This document shows, one piece after another, positions 11,841 through 20,700 of a DNA stretch of 56,785 nucleotides (its first letter is position 1; the number at the start of each line of letters is the position of its first letter). Under the pieces are notes generated by a model that was given only the letters and a program-made list of their open reading frames with translations, did no database searches and had not been told where the DNA came from. The DNA lies in the NCBI GenBank assembly GCA_035650695.1, contig DASRHD010000047.1, positions 1-56,785 on the forward strand, written 5' to 3'. A program made the translations under genes and the position numbers. Source of the DNA: Opitutaceae bacterium (GTDB lineage: Bacteria; Verrucomicrobiota; Verrucomicrobiia; Opitutales; Opitutaceae).

Positions 11841-12329
11841 ATGAAAAAAATCCTGTTCGCCATGGTGGTCGTGATCGCGGCGTCACTCTCGCATGGCCAG
11901 ACCAATCAAAATGAAACTGCCCCCCGTCCCGAGTGCCGAAAAGCTGAACAGGCACTCCAGACATTGGAACAGGAATGGGCCAATGCCGTGAAACACCGGG
12001 ATGTCGCGAAAATCGACCAAATCCAAGCGGAAGAATTCATGTTCACCGACCCGGCCGGGCGGGTCTGGACCAAAGCTCAGGCGCTCAAAACCGTCGGGTC
12101 CGGCAGCCTGATCATCGATTCCTTTGAACTCAGCGACCTGAATGTCCGGATCTACGGCACCGCTGCCGTCGTCACTTTCCGCGTCGTATGGAACGGCCGG
12201 TCCAACGGCGTCGACATCAGCGGACCGCAACGGATGACCGATGTGTTTGTACAACGGGACGGGCGCTGGCAATGCGTGGCGAGCCAGACCACCCGCATTC
12301 CGTCCCCGCCGGCGGATGAGGCCAGGTGA
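11841..12329 (+). CDS. secreted NTF2-superfamily protein (DUF4440/SnoaL-like)
   Basis: Signal peptide MKKILFAMVVVIAASLSHG. Pattern typical of DUF4440: LEQEWANAVKHRD...EEFMFTDPAGRVWTK...GTAAVVTFRV...RMTDVFVQRDGRWQCVASQTT. Confidence 0.6.
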   Translation: MKKILFAMVVVIAASLSHGQTNQNETAPRPECRKAEQALQTLEQEWANAVKHRDVAKIDQIQAEEFMFTDPAGRVWTKAQALKTVGSGSLIIDSFELSDLNVRIYGTAAVVTFRVVWNGRSNGVDISGPQRMTDVFVQRDGRWQCVASQTTRIPSPPADEAR

Positions 12330-12386
12330 CGCTGCGTCGCCGGGCCATCTTCCCGCTGGTTTTCCGGGGCGCCGCCGGTCTAGACT

Positions 12387-12860
12387 TTGATTGTGCGAAA
12401 TGAACCTTCTTCCGGGGCGGACGGCGGCTTGCTTGTCATTGGCTACGGCAATGTGCTGCGCCGTGACGATGGCGTGGGGCCGCGCGTGGCCGACGCGGTG
12501 GAGGCATTGCATCTGCCAGGTGTCCGCACGTTGGTCTGCCAGCAGCTTTCGCCCGAACATGCCGAGGCGGTGGCGCAGGCGCAGACGGTGATTTTCGTCG
12601 ACGCCGCGGTGGACGCGCCGGCCGAGGTGCAGTTGCGCAAGCTCGAGCCCGGGGAGTCCACCCAACTCATGGCTCACGCCGCCGATCCGCGCACCATGCT
12701 GGCGCTGGCGCGCGACGTTTTCGGTCACGCCCCGGAGGCCTGGTGGCTGACGATTCCGGCCGTGAAGCTCGGTTTCGGCGAGGATCTTTCGCCGGACGCG
12801 CAGCGCGGCCTGGAACGTGCGGTCGAGGAAATTAAGCGGCTCAGGCGGCAGGCGAGGTGA
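12387..12860 (+). CDS. hoxW: hydrogenase maturation endopeptidase
   Basis: LVIGYGNVLRRDDGVGPRVA motif of HybD/HoxW-type proteases, ~155 aa. Start is TTG 12387 or GTG 12393. Confidence 0.85.
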   Translation: MIVRNEPSSGADGGLLVIGYGNVLRRDDGVGPRVADAVEALHLPGVRTLVCQQLSPEHAEAVAQAQTVIFVDAAVDAPAEVQLRKLEPGESTQLMAHAADPRTMLALARDVFGHAPEAWWLTIPAVKLGFGEDLSPDAQRGLERAVEEIKRLRRQAR

Positions 12861-13665
12861 CGGCGACCGCGCCATTCGCGCCGCCGGCCGGTGCCGGGGG
12901 AAAATGGTGGTCCGGCGTCAGCTTGGCCAGGACGAGCTGGCGGGTGCGCTCGTAGATTTCTTCCGGCGTGCCCTTGGCCTCGATCGAGACAAGCAGCCCG
13001 CGCCGCCGGTAAAAGTCGATCAGAGGCTGGGTGCTTTCCCGATAAGCCTGCATGCGCACGCGGATGGACTCCGGACGATCGTCGTCGCGCTGGAAAAGTT
13101 TTCCGCCGCAGCGGTCGCAGATCCCCTCGACCTTCGGCGGAAGGCTGGTGAGATGATAAACGGCCTTGCAGCTGGAGCAGACGCGGCGGGCGCCGAGGCG
13201 GGCGACGATCTGCGAAATCGGTAGCCGGTAATTGAGCACGGCAGTCAAGCCGACATCCTGTTCCTTCAGCAGTTTTTCCAGTGCCTTGGCCTGGGGAACG
13301 GTGCGGGGAAAGCCGTCGAGAATGAAGCCGCCCGAGCAGCGCAGACAACGGCTGCGCTCCGCCACCATTTGCAGGACGGTCTCGTCCGGCACGAGGGCGC
13401 CGCGCGACATGAAATCGAGCGCGCTCGTCAGGGCGGGGGAAAGTTCACTTTCGGGCGTGGATTTGGAAGCGCGAAAAACGTCGCCGGTGGAAAGGTGACA
13501 GGCCCCGAGCCGCTCGCAGAGCAGGTCGGACTGGGTGCCCTTGCCGACGCCGGGCGCACCGAGGAGAACCAGGCGCCAGGGCAGTCCTGCCGGCTGGCCT
13601 GGCGGCGTCAGGCAGCGGGCAACCCCGCCTTTGAGCCAGGAAGTACGATCATGATATTTGGCCAT
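12841..13665 (-). CDS. adk: adenylate kinase (Zn-lid type) with N- and C-terminal extensions
   Basis: P-loop LLGAPGVGKGTQ, and LSTGDVFR. The LID carries CSSC...CDRC. The protein is ~25 aa longer at each end than the usual ~215 aa. Confidence 0.9.
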   Translation of the reverse strand: MAKYHDRTSWLKGGVARCLTPPGQPAGLPWRLVLLGAPGVGKGTQSDLLCERLGACHLSTGDVFRASKSTPESELSPALTSALDFMSRGALVPDETVLQMVAERSRCLRCSGGFILDGFPRTVPQAKALEKLLKEQDVGLTAVLNYRLPISQIVARLGARRVCSSCKAVYHLTSLPPKVEGICDRCGGKLFQRDDDRPESIRVRMQAYRESTQPLIDFYRRRGLLVSIEAKGTPEEIYERTRQLVLAKLTPDHHFPPAPAGGANGAVAVTSPAA

Positions 13666-13916
13666 AACAAGCCTTGGTTGAAGGGTGAAAATATTCCGAC
13701 GCGCGGAGTTTGGGCCGGCGCCGACCCCGGTTCAAGCGATGGGCCCGATAATGACAAAAAAGGCTCTTCCATTGCCAAAATTTGCGGGCCGGCACGCCAT
13801 TTTTTTAAAGGACCGGAAACGAACCGGAAAAAATTCAACCGAGGCGCGGCAAGATAGGTTAATATTTAGCCAACAACCGTGTAGTAGCTGGCCGCATCCG
13901 GGTCTATGATGCGCCC

Positions 13917-14852
13917 ATGCCAGATTCGTCGGGCAAACATTCGTCCAAGCCCGCGTCAGCCACCGGTCGCTCCGAAGTCAAGAACGGCGAGGCGGGGCAT
14001 CCCTTTTCCGTCAACGACACCGCTTTCGGCCGTCCGCGCGATTTTCTCGGCAATCGTTTTGTTTACGCGGTCATTTCGCCCCGCGCTCGCGGGCTTTCCC
14101 TGGGGGTGAACATGACGCCCGACCGGCAGTGTAATTTCAACTGCCTCTATTGTGAGGTGGACCGGCGCACATCGTCACCCTACGCCAAGCTCGACGTCGA
14201 GGCGATGGGCGCGGAGCTCCGCCGAACCCTCGGTCTGCTCCAACAGGGCGGATTGCGAGAGCGGCCCTGGTACCATTCGCTGCCGGACGAGCTGCTGCAG
14301 CTGCACCACGTCGCCTTGAGCGGCGACGGTGAGCCGACCCTGGCGCCGAATTTTTCCGACGCGGTGCAGACCGTCGTGCGGGTGCGGGCATTGGGCGGAT
14401 TTCCGTTCTTCAAGATCGTTCTCATCACCAACGCAACCGGGCTGGACCGGTCGGACGTGCAGGGCGCGTTGCAGCAATTCGCCAAATCGGACGAAATCTG
14501 GGCCAAGCTCGACGGCGGCACCCAGGCCTTCGTCAACCGCATCAACCGGCCCAACGTTCCGCTCGAGAAAGTGCTGTGGAACATCCTCACCCTGGCCCGC
14601 CGGCGGCCGGTGATCATCCAAAGCCTGTTTCCTGCGATCAACGGCGAGGAGCCGCCGCGGGAGGAAATCGATCAGTACGCCCAGCGGCTGTGGGAACTGA
14701 AGAACGAAGGCGCACAAATTTCCCTCGTGCAGATCTATTCCGCGGCGCGGCCGATGGCGCACGCCGAATGCAACCACCTGCCGCTGAAGACGCTTTCCCG
14801 CATCGCCCAGACCGTGCGCCACGTGACCGGCCTGAAGGCGGAGGTGTTTTGA
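13917..14852 (+). CDS. radical SAM protein, subfamily not recognised
   Basis: CNFNCLYC (CX3CX2C) cluster motif, ALSGDGEPTL SAM-binding motif, ITNATGL. There is no C-terminal Cys-rich SPASM-type extension. Confidence 0.8.
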   Translation: MPDSSGKHSSKPASATGRSEVKNGEAGHPFSVNDTAFGRPRDFLGNRFVYAVISPRARGLSLGVNMTPDRQCNFNCLYCEVDRRTSSPYAKLDVEAMGAELRRTLGLLQQGGLRERPWYHSLPDELLQLHHVALSGDGEPTLAPNFSDAVQTVVRVRALGGFPFFKIVLITNATGLDRSDVQGALQQFAKSDEIWAKLDGGTQAFVNRINRPNVPLEKVLWNILTLARRRPVIIQSLFPAINGEEPPREEIDQYAQRLWELKNEGAQISLVQIYSAARPMAHAECNHLPLKTLSRIAQTVRHVTGLKAEVF

Positions 14853-14883
14853 CCGCTACCGCCACGGTCCGCACCTGTCTTTT

Positions 14884-14903
14884 AAAACGGCTTCCGCCGT
14901 TTT
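14884..14903 (+). terminator. short hairpin with U-tail (weak terminator candidate)
   Basis: AAAACGGC-TTCC-GCCGTTTT, a perfect 8-bp stem of which only 4 bp are GC. Located between the radical SAM gene and the small membrane protein gene. Confidence 0.3.
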
Positions 14904-14921
14904 CGAAAACCCCCGAAACGC

Positions 14922-15317
14922 ATGAATCCCCTCAGAGCCGCGGTCCTAATCGGCGGAATCTTCAATTCGCTGCTCGCCCTTTTCCACATCTTTCTCTGCT
15001 ACCAGATCTTCAAATTTTATGGATCCAAGCCCTTCTTTCCGTTGATGGAAATGATGAGCATTGGCGGAACAATTCTCATTTTTTTCCTCGCCGTCACATC
15101 GTTGTTTTGCGCCAAGGCATTGACGGAGACCCCACTGGGCCGACTCGTTGTCCTCCTGAATATTTCCATCTACCTGGCGCGGACGTTGGGTGAGCTCATG
15201 CTTTTTCCCAAGCCCAGCAGCCTCATCGTCGGACTGTGCGCGTTTCTGGCGCTTTTATACGCCTACATCTACGTCGAAGGCGGCAAAGGCGCGGCGCGAC
15301 ATCTGACAAGGCTGTAG
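14922..15317 (+). CDS. small integral membrane protein (about 4 TM helices), unknown function
   Basis: 131-aa ORF made of four hydrophobic stretches. It is visibly more AT-rich than its neighbours. No family recognised. Confidence 0.5.
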   Translation: MNPLRAAVLIGGIFNSLLALFHIFLCYQIFKFYGSKPFFPLMEMMSIGGTILIFFLAVTSLFCAKALTETPLGRLVVLLNISIYLARTLGELMLFPKPSSLIVGLCAFLALLYAYIYVEGGKGAARHLTRL

Positions 15318-15349
15318 CGGCGGCCTGAATCCGCCGGAAACGGCCGGCT

Positions 15350-16546
15350 CTAAAGTTCGCGCAGGGCCGTGGCCACGGACATCCGGGCCGCGCGGATCGC
15401 TGGAAGTAGACCGCCGACCAAGCCGATCAATGTGGCCAAGCCAATGCCCTGGCCCAACAATTCAGGTGTCACCGCGAAGGCGAAGGTGATCTGGCTGAAA
15501 CTTTGCCAATTCATCGTCGCGGCGTGAAATCCATTGAAAATGAAATAAGCCAAGCTGGCGCCGATCGCGCCACCGGCGAGCGACAGCGCCACCGATTCCA
15601 GCATCACCGACACCACCACGGCACCGCCGCCAAAACCCAGCGCTCGCAGGGTTGCGATCTCGCGCGTCCGGGCCGAAACCGAACTATACATGGTGTTTAA
15701 CGCCCCGAAAATTGCGCCGACCGCCATCAGCAAAGCAATAAGATAGCCCAGAGTCGTAACGAGCGTAGTCAGGGCTGTCGACTGGCTGGCGTAGAATTCA
15801 CTTTGCCGCATCACCGTGACATCGAGCTGGGGGTTGGTGGTGAGGGCGTCTTTGAATGTGTCGAACGCCGCCGGCGACTCGAGGCGGGCGTAGACAGACT
15901 GGAAGGTATCGCCGCGATGATAAGCTTCCTGGAGAACCGAGGCGTCGGTCCAGATTTCCGATTCGGCCGCGCCGCCGCCGGCGGAAAAGACGCCGACCAC
16001 CGGCCATTCGGCGCTGCCGACCTTGATCGTTCCGCCGACCTGGAGGCCGGCGAATTCCCGGGCGGCGCCCGCTCCGACGATGACTTCGTCCTTGCCCCAA
16101 GCAAATGCGCGACCCTCGGTGATCTTCAGATCCCGCACTTTGAAGGCAGCGGGCTGGACGCCGCGCAGCGGCACATTGGCGTCCCTGCCGGTCGAACGTT
16201 TCGGCACGTCGATGATGGCAAAGAGTTCGGCCGAGGCGAGCGGGCCTTCCGGTGTTCGGGCCAGGCCCGGCGCGTCGGCGATCACGCGCGTATTTTCGTG
16301 CAGCAGTCCACTGACCATTTCACTGTTCGCGCCGCTGCGGAGCACGATGGCGGAGTCCGGGGTGGCGGAAGCGATCATCACCCGCTGGAAACCGGCGGCG
16401 ATGGAGAGCACGCCGACGAGTACGGCCACGACGCCGGCGATGCCGCAGACCGCGGCGGCCACGGAGCCCAGTCGTTGCGGGATGCTGAGCAGGCCGAACT
16501 TCGTAACCGAGGCGACCTGGGAATTCCAGTTGATGAAGCCAGCCAT
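15350..16546 (-). CDS. ABC transporter permease, FtsX/MacB-type (single FtsX domain)
   Basis: TM1, a large extracytoplasmic domain, then the FtsX TM2-4 block (REIATLRALGFGGGAVVVSVMLESVALSLAGGAIG). 398 aa. Confidence 0.85.
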   Translation of the reverse strand: MAGFINWNSQVASVTKFGLLSIPQRLGSVAAAVCGIAGVVAVLVGVLSIAAGFQRVMIASATPDSAIVLRSGANSEMVSGLLHENTRVIADAPGLARTPEGPLASAELFAIIDVPKRSTGRDANVPLRGVQPAAFKVRDLKITEGRAFAWGKDEVIVGAGAAREFAGLQVGGTIKVGSAEWPVVGVFSAGGGAAESEIWTDASVLQEAYHRGDTFQSVYARLESPAAFDTFKDALTTNPQLDVTVMRQSEFYASQSTALTTLVTTLGYLIALLMAVGAIFGALNTMYSSVSARTREIATLRALGFGGGAVVVSVMLESVALSLAGGAIGASLAYFIFNGFHAATMNWQSFSQITFAFAVTPELLGQGIGLATLIGLVGGLLPAIRAARMSVATALREL

Positions 16547-16547
16547 G

Positions 16548-17702
16548 TCACATCCTCCTTAAAGCATCGGCCACACGCAGGCGCATCGCCTGCAAGGCAG
16601 GGAAAATTCCGGTGATCACGCCAAGGGCGACGCTGATTTCCAGCCCGGTGAGCAGGTCCCGCGCGGGAAAGAAGAACAGCGGCAAGAGGCCATGGGTCGG
16701 ATCGCCTCCGGCGGTCATCAGCTTGGCCAGTCCAAGCCCGATCGCCCCGCCCAGCACCGCCAGCAGGCACGATTCGAACAGCACCAAGGCCAGGACCTGG
16801 CTATGAGTGAACCCGATCGCTTTGAGCACCCCAAGTTCGCCGGTTCGCTCCCGCACCGTCTGTGACATGGTGTTGCCGGTGACCAGCAGGATGGTGAAGA
16901 AGACCGCGCCCATAATCGAGGCGGTGATGAAAACAATGTTGCCGATCTGGCCGACCCAGGCCTGGACGAAGGCGCCCTCCGGCTCGGTCTTGGTCTCGGC
17001 CGACGAGTTGGCAAATTCGGCATCGACCCGCTTGGCCACCTCCGCCGACTGAGCGGCGTCGGTCACGCGAATGGTGTACCAACCGACCCAGCCCTTATGT
17101 CGCGGTCGGGCCTCGTCGAAATAGTCGTAACGAAAAAAAAGTGGCGTGGTATCAGTGTTCTTTTCCCGGCCATCGAAGATGCCGACGATATCAAATTCCC
17201 AGAGATGACTGCCGTTGGTTTGCGGCCAGATCGGCGACATGATCGGCACCCGGTCGCCGATTTTCCAATGAAAACGCTCGGCGGTCTTGCGGCCGACGAT
17301 GGCGCCGGTCCGCGTCGCCAGCCAGGCTTTCATTTGGTCCGGCGGCAGGATCAGCTCCGGAAACATGTCCATGAGCTCCTCCGGCACGACCGGGCACTGC
17401 ATAAAGAAATTTTTTGGGTCCTGATAAATTCCGCCAAACCAGGTCTCGTGAACCGCCGCGGCCACGCCGGGGATCCGTTTCATTTTTTGCTCATAACTTT
17501 CCGGCAGCTGTTGGATGATAGAAACCTTGTGGCGGACGATCAAGCGATTGGCGCCGGCTACATCGATGCCCCCGGTAAGTGCCTGTTTGATGGCGGAGAG
17601 AAAACCGAAAAGGATGAAGGCAACGACGATGGAGAGCAGAGTCAGGATCGTCCGCAGCTTTTTTCGCTTCAGGTTGCTCCAAATGAGATGGAAAAATTTC
17701 AT
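16548..17702 (-). CDS. ABC transporter permease, FtsX/MacB-type (single FtsX domain)
   Basis: N-terminal WSNLKRKKLRTILTLLSIVVA and FtsX block ERTGELGVLKAIGFTHSQVLALVLFESCLLAVLGGAIG. 384 aa. 1-nt gap to the next permease. Confidence 0.85.
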   Translation of the reverse strand: MKFFHLIWSNLKRKKLRTILTLLSIVVAFILFGFLSAIKQALTGGIDVAGANRLIVRHKVSIIQQLPESYEQKMKRIPGVAAAVHETWFGGIYQDPKNFFMQCPVVPEELMDMFPELILPPDQMKAWLATRTGAIVGRKTAERFHWKIGDRVPIMSPIWPQTNGSHLWEFDIVGIFDGREKNTDTTPLFFRYDYFDEARPRHKGWVGWYTIRVTDAAQSAEVAKRVDAEFANSSAETKTEPEGAFVQAWVGQIGNIVFITASIMGAVFFTILLVTGNTMSQTVRERTGELGVLKAIGFTHSQVLALVLFESCLLAVLGGAIGLGLAKLMTAGGDPTHGLLPLFFFPARDLLTGLEISVALGVITGIFPALQAMRLRVADALRRM

Positions 17703-17727
17703 GGGCGCGGCGCCTCCGGCTGGCCGG

Positions 17728-18432
17728 TTATTTCACCGGTTCGGCACTGAGCTGGCCTTTGTTGAGATAAACCGTGCGCGAAGCCCGGGCCGAGGCGTGC
17801 GGATCGTGCGTGACCATGATGATGGTCTTGCCCTGCTGGCGGTTGAGTGCCTGGAGCAGGTCGAGGATCTCGTCGCCGGCTTTGCGGTCGAGATCACCGG
17901 TCGGCTCGTCGCAGAGGAGGAGTGTCGGATCGGTCACGATGCCGCGAGCGATGCCGACGCGCTGCTGTTCGCCGCCGGATAGCTGACGGGGATAATGTTT
18001 GGCTCGATGGGTCAGACCGACCGCGGCCAGCGCTGCCTCGACGTGTTTCCGGCGCTCCGCCTTGGACAGGTGGGTGAGGAGCAGCGGCAGCTCGACATTG
18101 CGCTCGGCGGTCAGAACGGGCAGCAAATTATAAAGCTGGAAGACGAAACCGACATGGCGGGCCCGCCAGGCGGCGAGGCGGCGGTCCGGCAGCGTGTCGA
18201 GGCGCTCGCCGGCGATGCTCACGGTTCCGTTGGTCGGCCGGTCGAGTCCGCCGATGAGATTGAGGAGGGTGCTCTTGCCCGAACCGGAAGGTCCCATCAG
18301 GGCGAGAAATTCTCCCGCCGGAACCTTCAAGTTCAGATCGCGCAGCACGTGGATGTCCTCCGCGCCGCGACGAAAAATTTTCTCCACGCCGGTAACGGCG
18401 ACCAATTCGCCATCGTTGGGTTGTGCGCTCAT
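17728..18432 (-). CDS. ABC transporter ATP-binding protein (MacB/LolD-type)
   Basis: Walker A GPSGSGKST, signature LSGGEQQRV, Walker B LLLCDEPTGDLD. ATGA start/stop overlap with the adaptor gene. Confidence 0.95.
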   Translation of the reverse strand: MSAQPNDGELVAVTGVEKIFRRGAEDIHVLRDLNLKVPAGEFLALMGPSGSGKSTLLNLIGGLDRPTNGTVSIAGERLDTLPDRRLAAWRARHVGFVFQLYNLLPVLTAERNVELPLLLTHLSKAERRKHVEAALAAVGLTHRAKHYPRQLSGGEQQRVGIARGIVTDPTLLLCDEPTGDLDRKAGDEILDLLQALNRQQGKTIIMVTHDPHASARASRTVYLNKGQLSAEPVK

Positions 18433-19661
18433 GGTGCGTTCTCCTTCACAGCGGCTCCATCCGCCAAATCCTTCGGTCCATCCACCACGACTTTTTCGCC
18501 GGCGGTCAGGCCGGCGCGGATGAGGATGTCATCCTCCTCGGTTCCGCCGGTGGTGACGGCCCGGCGTTCCACCCGCCCGCCCTGCACCACCCATACGACA
18601 TTGTGGCCGTCGCGCTCCTGCAGCGCCGCCTTGGGGACCAGCACTCCGGGATGACCAGCCGATTCCGCCGGTCCGGCTGCTTGAAAGGCGACTTTGGCGC
18701 TCATCTCCGGCAAAATGCGCGGATCGAGCTGGTCGAAGCCCACCCGGACCTTGACCGTCGACTTGTCGCGGTCAGCGGTGGGAATGATGGCGATGACCTT
18801 GCAGGGAATCCTCCAGTCGGGATAGGCGTCGAGCGTCGCCGCGGCCGGCTGGCCTGGTGTGACGCGATTGATATAACTTTCGTTGACATCAATTTCGATC
18901 TCGAGCGACTCCATGTCGACGATGGTGCAGATGCCGGTGCGGGTGAAGCCGCCGGATGACATGGGTGAAATCATTTCGCCGGGCTGGGCATCCTTGGAGG
19001 TGATGACGCCGGCAAACGGTGCGCGGATGACCATGTCGTCCAGCTGCTGCTGCCAGATGCCGACGGTGCGGTCGGCCACGGCGACATCGGCCTGCTGCTG
19101 CTCGAGCTTCGCGCGGAAGGCGAGGGCGGCGGCCTGGGCGTGATCAAAATCGGCCTGCGGTCCCACGCCACTCTGGCGGAGGGCGGTTTGGCGACCGAGA
19201 TCCTGCTCGGCCTCCTTCAGGCGCACGGCAGTCTCCTCCAGCGCTGTTTTGGCCGAGGCCAGCTGGGCCTGGGCGAGAAGGAGGCTGGCCTTTGTGTTGG
19301 TGTCGTCGAGCCGGGCCACGACCTGCCCGGCCGTCACCTTCATGCCTTCCTCGACCAGCACTTCCGTAACTTTGCCCATCACTTTGGATGAAACCGTGGC
19401 TTCGCGGCGTGCGGTGACGTAGCCGGAAGCGTTCAAGACCGTGCGGTCGGCCCCGCCAGCGCTGATGGATTCGTGTGCGATCGCCGTGCGCACCGCGGCG
19501 GACCGGGAGCGTGTCGCCCACCACAGGGACAGGCCGATCACCAGCGCGCCCGCCACCACCACCGCCGCCAGCCATATTTTCCGGGGCGGCTCCGTCCGCT
19601 CCGGGCGGTCAATGCGCAACTCATCCAGCCTCGACTGCGGCGAGCTCATAAGTGGCACCAT
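18429..19661 (-). CDS. periplasmic adaptor (HlyD/MacA family membrane fusion protein)
   Basis: N-terminal TM anchor, a coiled-coil segment (LLLAQAQLASAKTALEETAVRLKEAEQDL) and barrel-sandwich/beta-barrel regions typical of MFPs. Confidence 0.9.
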   Translation of the reverse strand: MVPLMSSPQSRLDELRIDRPERTEPPRKIWLAAVVVAGALVIGLSLWWATRSRSAAVRTAIAHESISAGGADRTVLNASGYVTARREATVSSKVMGKVTEVLVEEGMKVTAGQVVARLDDTNTKASLLLAQAQLASAKTALEETAVRLKEAEQDLGRQTALRQSGVGPQADFDHAQAAALAFRAKLEQQQADVAVADRTVGIWQQQLDDMVIRAPFAGVITSKDAQPGEMISPMSSGGFTRTGICTIVDMESLEIEIDVNESYINRVTPGQPAAATLDAYPDWRIPCKVIAIIPTADRDKSTVKVRVGFDQLDPRILPEMSAKVAFQAAGPAESAGHPGVLVPKAALQERDGHNVVWVVQGGRVERRAVTTGGTEEDDILIRAGLTAGEKVVVDGPKDLADGAAVKENAP

Positions 19662-19689
19662 TTAGAAAATAATTTGCCTTCATGGCAAA
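19662..19689 (-). terminator. weak hairpin plus T-rich tail after the DHOD-like gene
   Basis: TTTGCC-TTCAT-GGCAAA (19673-19689). On the minus strand it is followed by TTATTTTCTAA. The stem is only 6 bp, and it ends right at the adaptor gene start, so it may instead be part of a translation-initiation region. Confidence 0.25.
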
Positions 19690-19707
19690 CCATGAACGCA
19701 ACCCGAT

Positions 19708-20700
19708 TCAGACGCGCCAGCCCTGGAGAATGCGGATGTAATTGGCTCGTTCGAAGGCCAGCGGGTCGGGGCAGCGGCGGAGATTGAGAATGCCGCGCAG
19801 GTCGTCGATGTTTTCATAACCGTGCTCGTCCATCCAGTGCTGCAGTCCCTTGAGCAGAATGGTAAGGAAGTGCGGGCCGAGCTTGAGCAGCGCCGACACC
19901 AGCTGCACCGCGTGGGCGCCGGCGAGCAGGGCTTTGATCACATCCTCGGCGGAATGCACGCCGCCGCTGGCGGCGAGTGAACCGCGCAGATGAGGCGAGA
20001 TGATCGCGAGCCAGCGCAGGCGCAGCAGCAGCTCGGTGGGGTCGGAGAGTCGCAGATGGCGGTGCACCTCGAGCTCTTCGAGGTCAAAGTCCGGCTGATA
20101 AAAACGGTTGAACAGAACCACTCCGGCGGCGCCGACGCGTTCCAGCTCTTGCGCGAAGTTAACCGGAGACGTATGGAAGGGTGAGAGCTTGACCGCCACC
20201 GGCACGCGGACGGAGTTCACCACCAGCTGCACGGTCTTGAGCATGTCCCGCTCAAGTTCTTCGGCGGAAACCTTGGGATCGACCGCGAGCGGATAGAGAT
20301 TGACCTCGATCCCGTCCGCGCCGGCGCCTTCAAAGCGGCGGGCATATTCGATCCAGCCGCCGGGCCGGCAGCCATTCAGTGAGGCGATGACGGGAATGGT
20401 GAGCGATTTGCGGAGCCGGTCGATTTGCCGGAGGTATTGGTCGGGACTGAACTGGTATTCGGCGAAGCCGGGAAAGTAGGAGGTCGCCTCGGCGTAGCTT
20501 TCGGCCGGTGTCTCAATCTGATGGGTGAGGGCGCGCTGTTCGAAATCCACCTGCTCCTCGAAGAGAGAGCGCATCACTAGGGCGGATGCGCCCGCGTCCT
20601 GCAGCTCGCGGGCGACGTGGACGTCGTCACAGAAGGGCGACGCTCCGACCACGAGCGGGTTGTTGAGCTTCAGGCCGAGGTAGGTGGTGGTGAGTTTCAT
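19708..20700 (-). CDS. dihydroorotate dehydrogenase-like TIM-barrel flavoprotein (catalytic base motif absent)
   Basis: Class-1 DHOD-like layout (LKLNNPLVVGASP, IPVIASLNG, VAVKLSP, ASGGVHSAEDVIKALLAGAHAVQL). The canonical N(L/I)S(C/S)PN active-site loop reads NLYPLA. The start overlaps the nifJ stop (ATGA). Confidence 0.8.
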   Translation of the reverse strand: MKLTTTYLGLKLNNPLVVGASPFCDDVHVARELQDAGASALVMRSLFEEQVDFEQRALTHQIETPAESYAEATSYFPGFAEYQFSPDQYLRQIDRLRKSLTIPVIASLNGCRPGGWIEYARRFEGAGADGIEVNLYPLAVDPKVSAEELERDMLKTVQLVVNSVRVPVAVKLSPFHTSPVNFAQELERVGAAGVVLFNRFYQPDFDLEELEVHRHLRLSDPTELLLRLRWLAIISPHLRGSLAASGGVHSAEDVIKALLAGAHAVQLVSALLKLGPHFLTILLKGLQHWMDEHGYENIDDLRGILNLRRCPDPLAFERANYIRILQGWRV

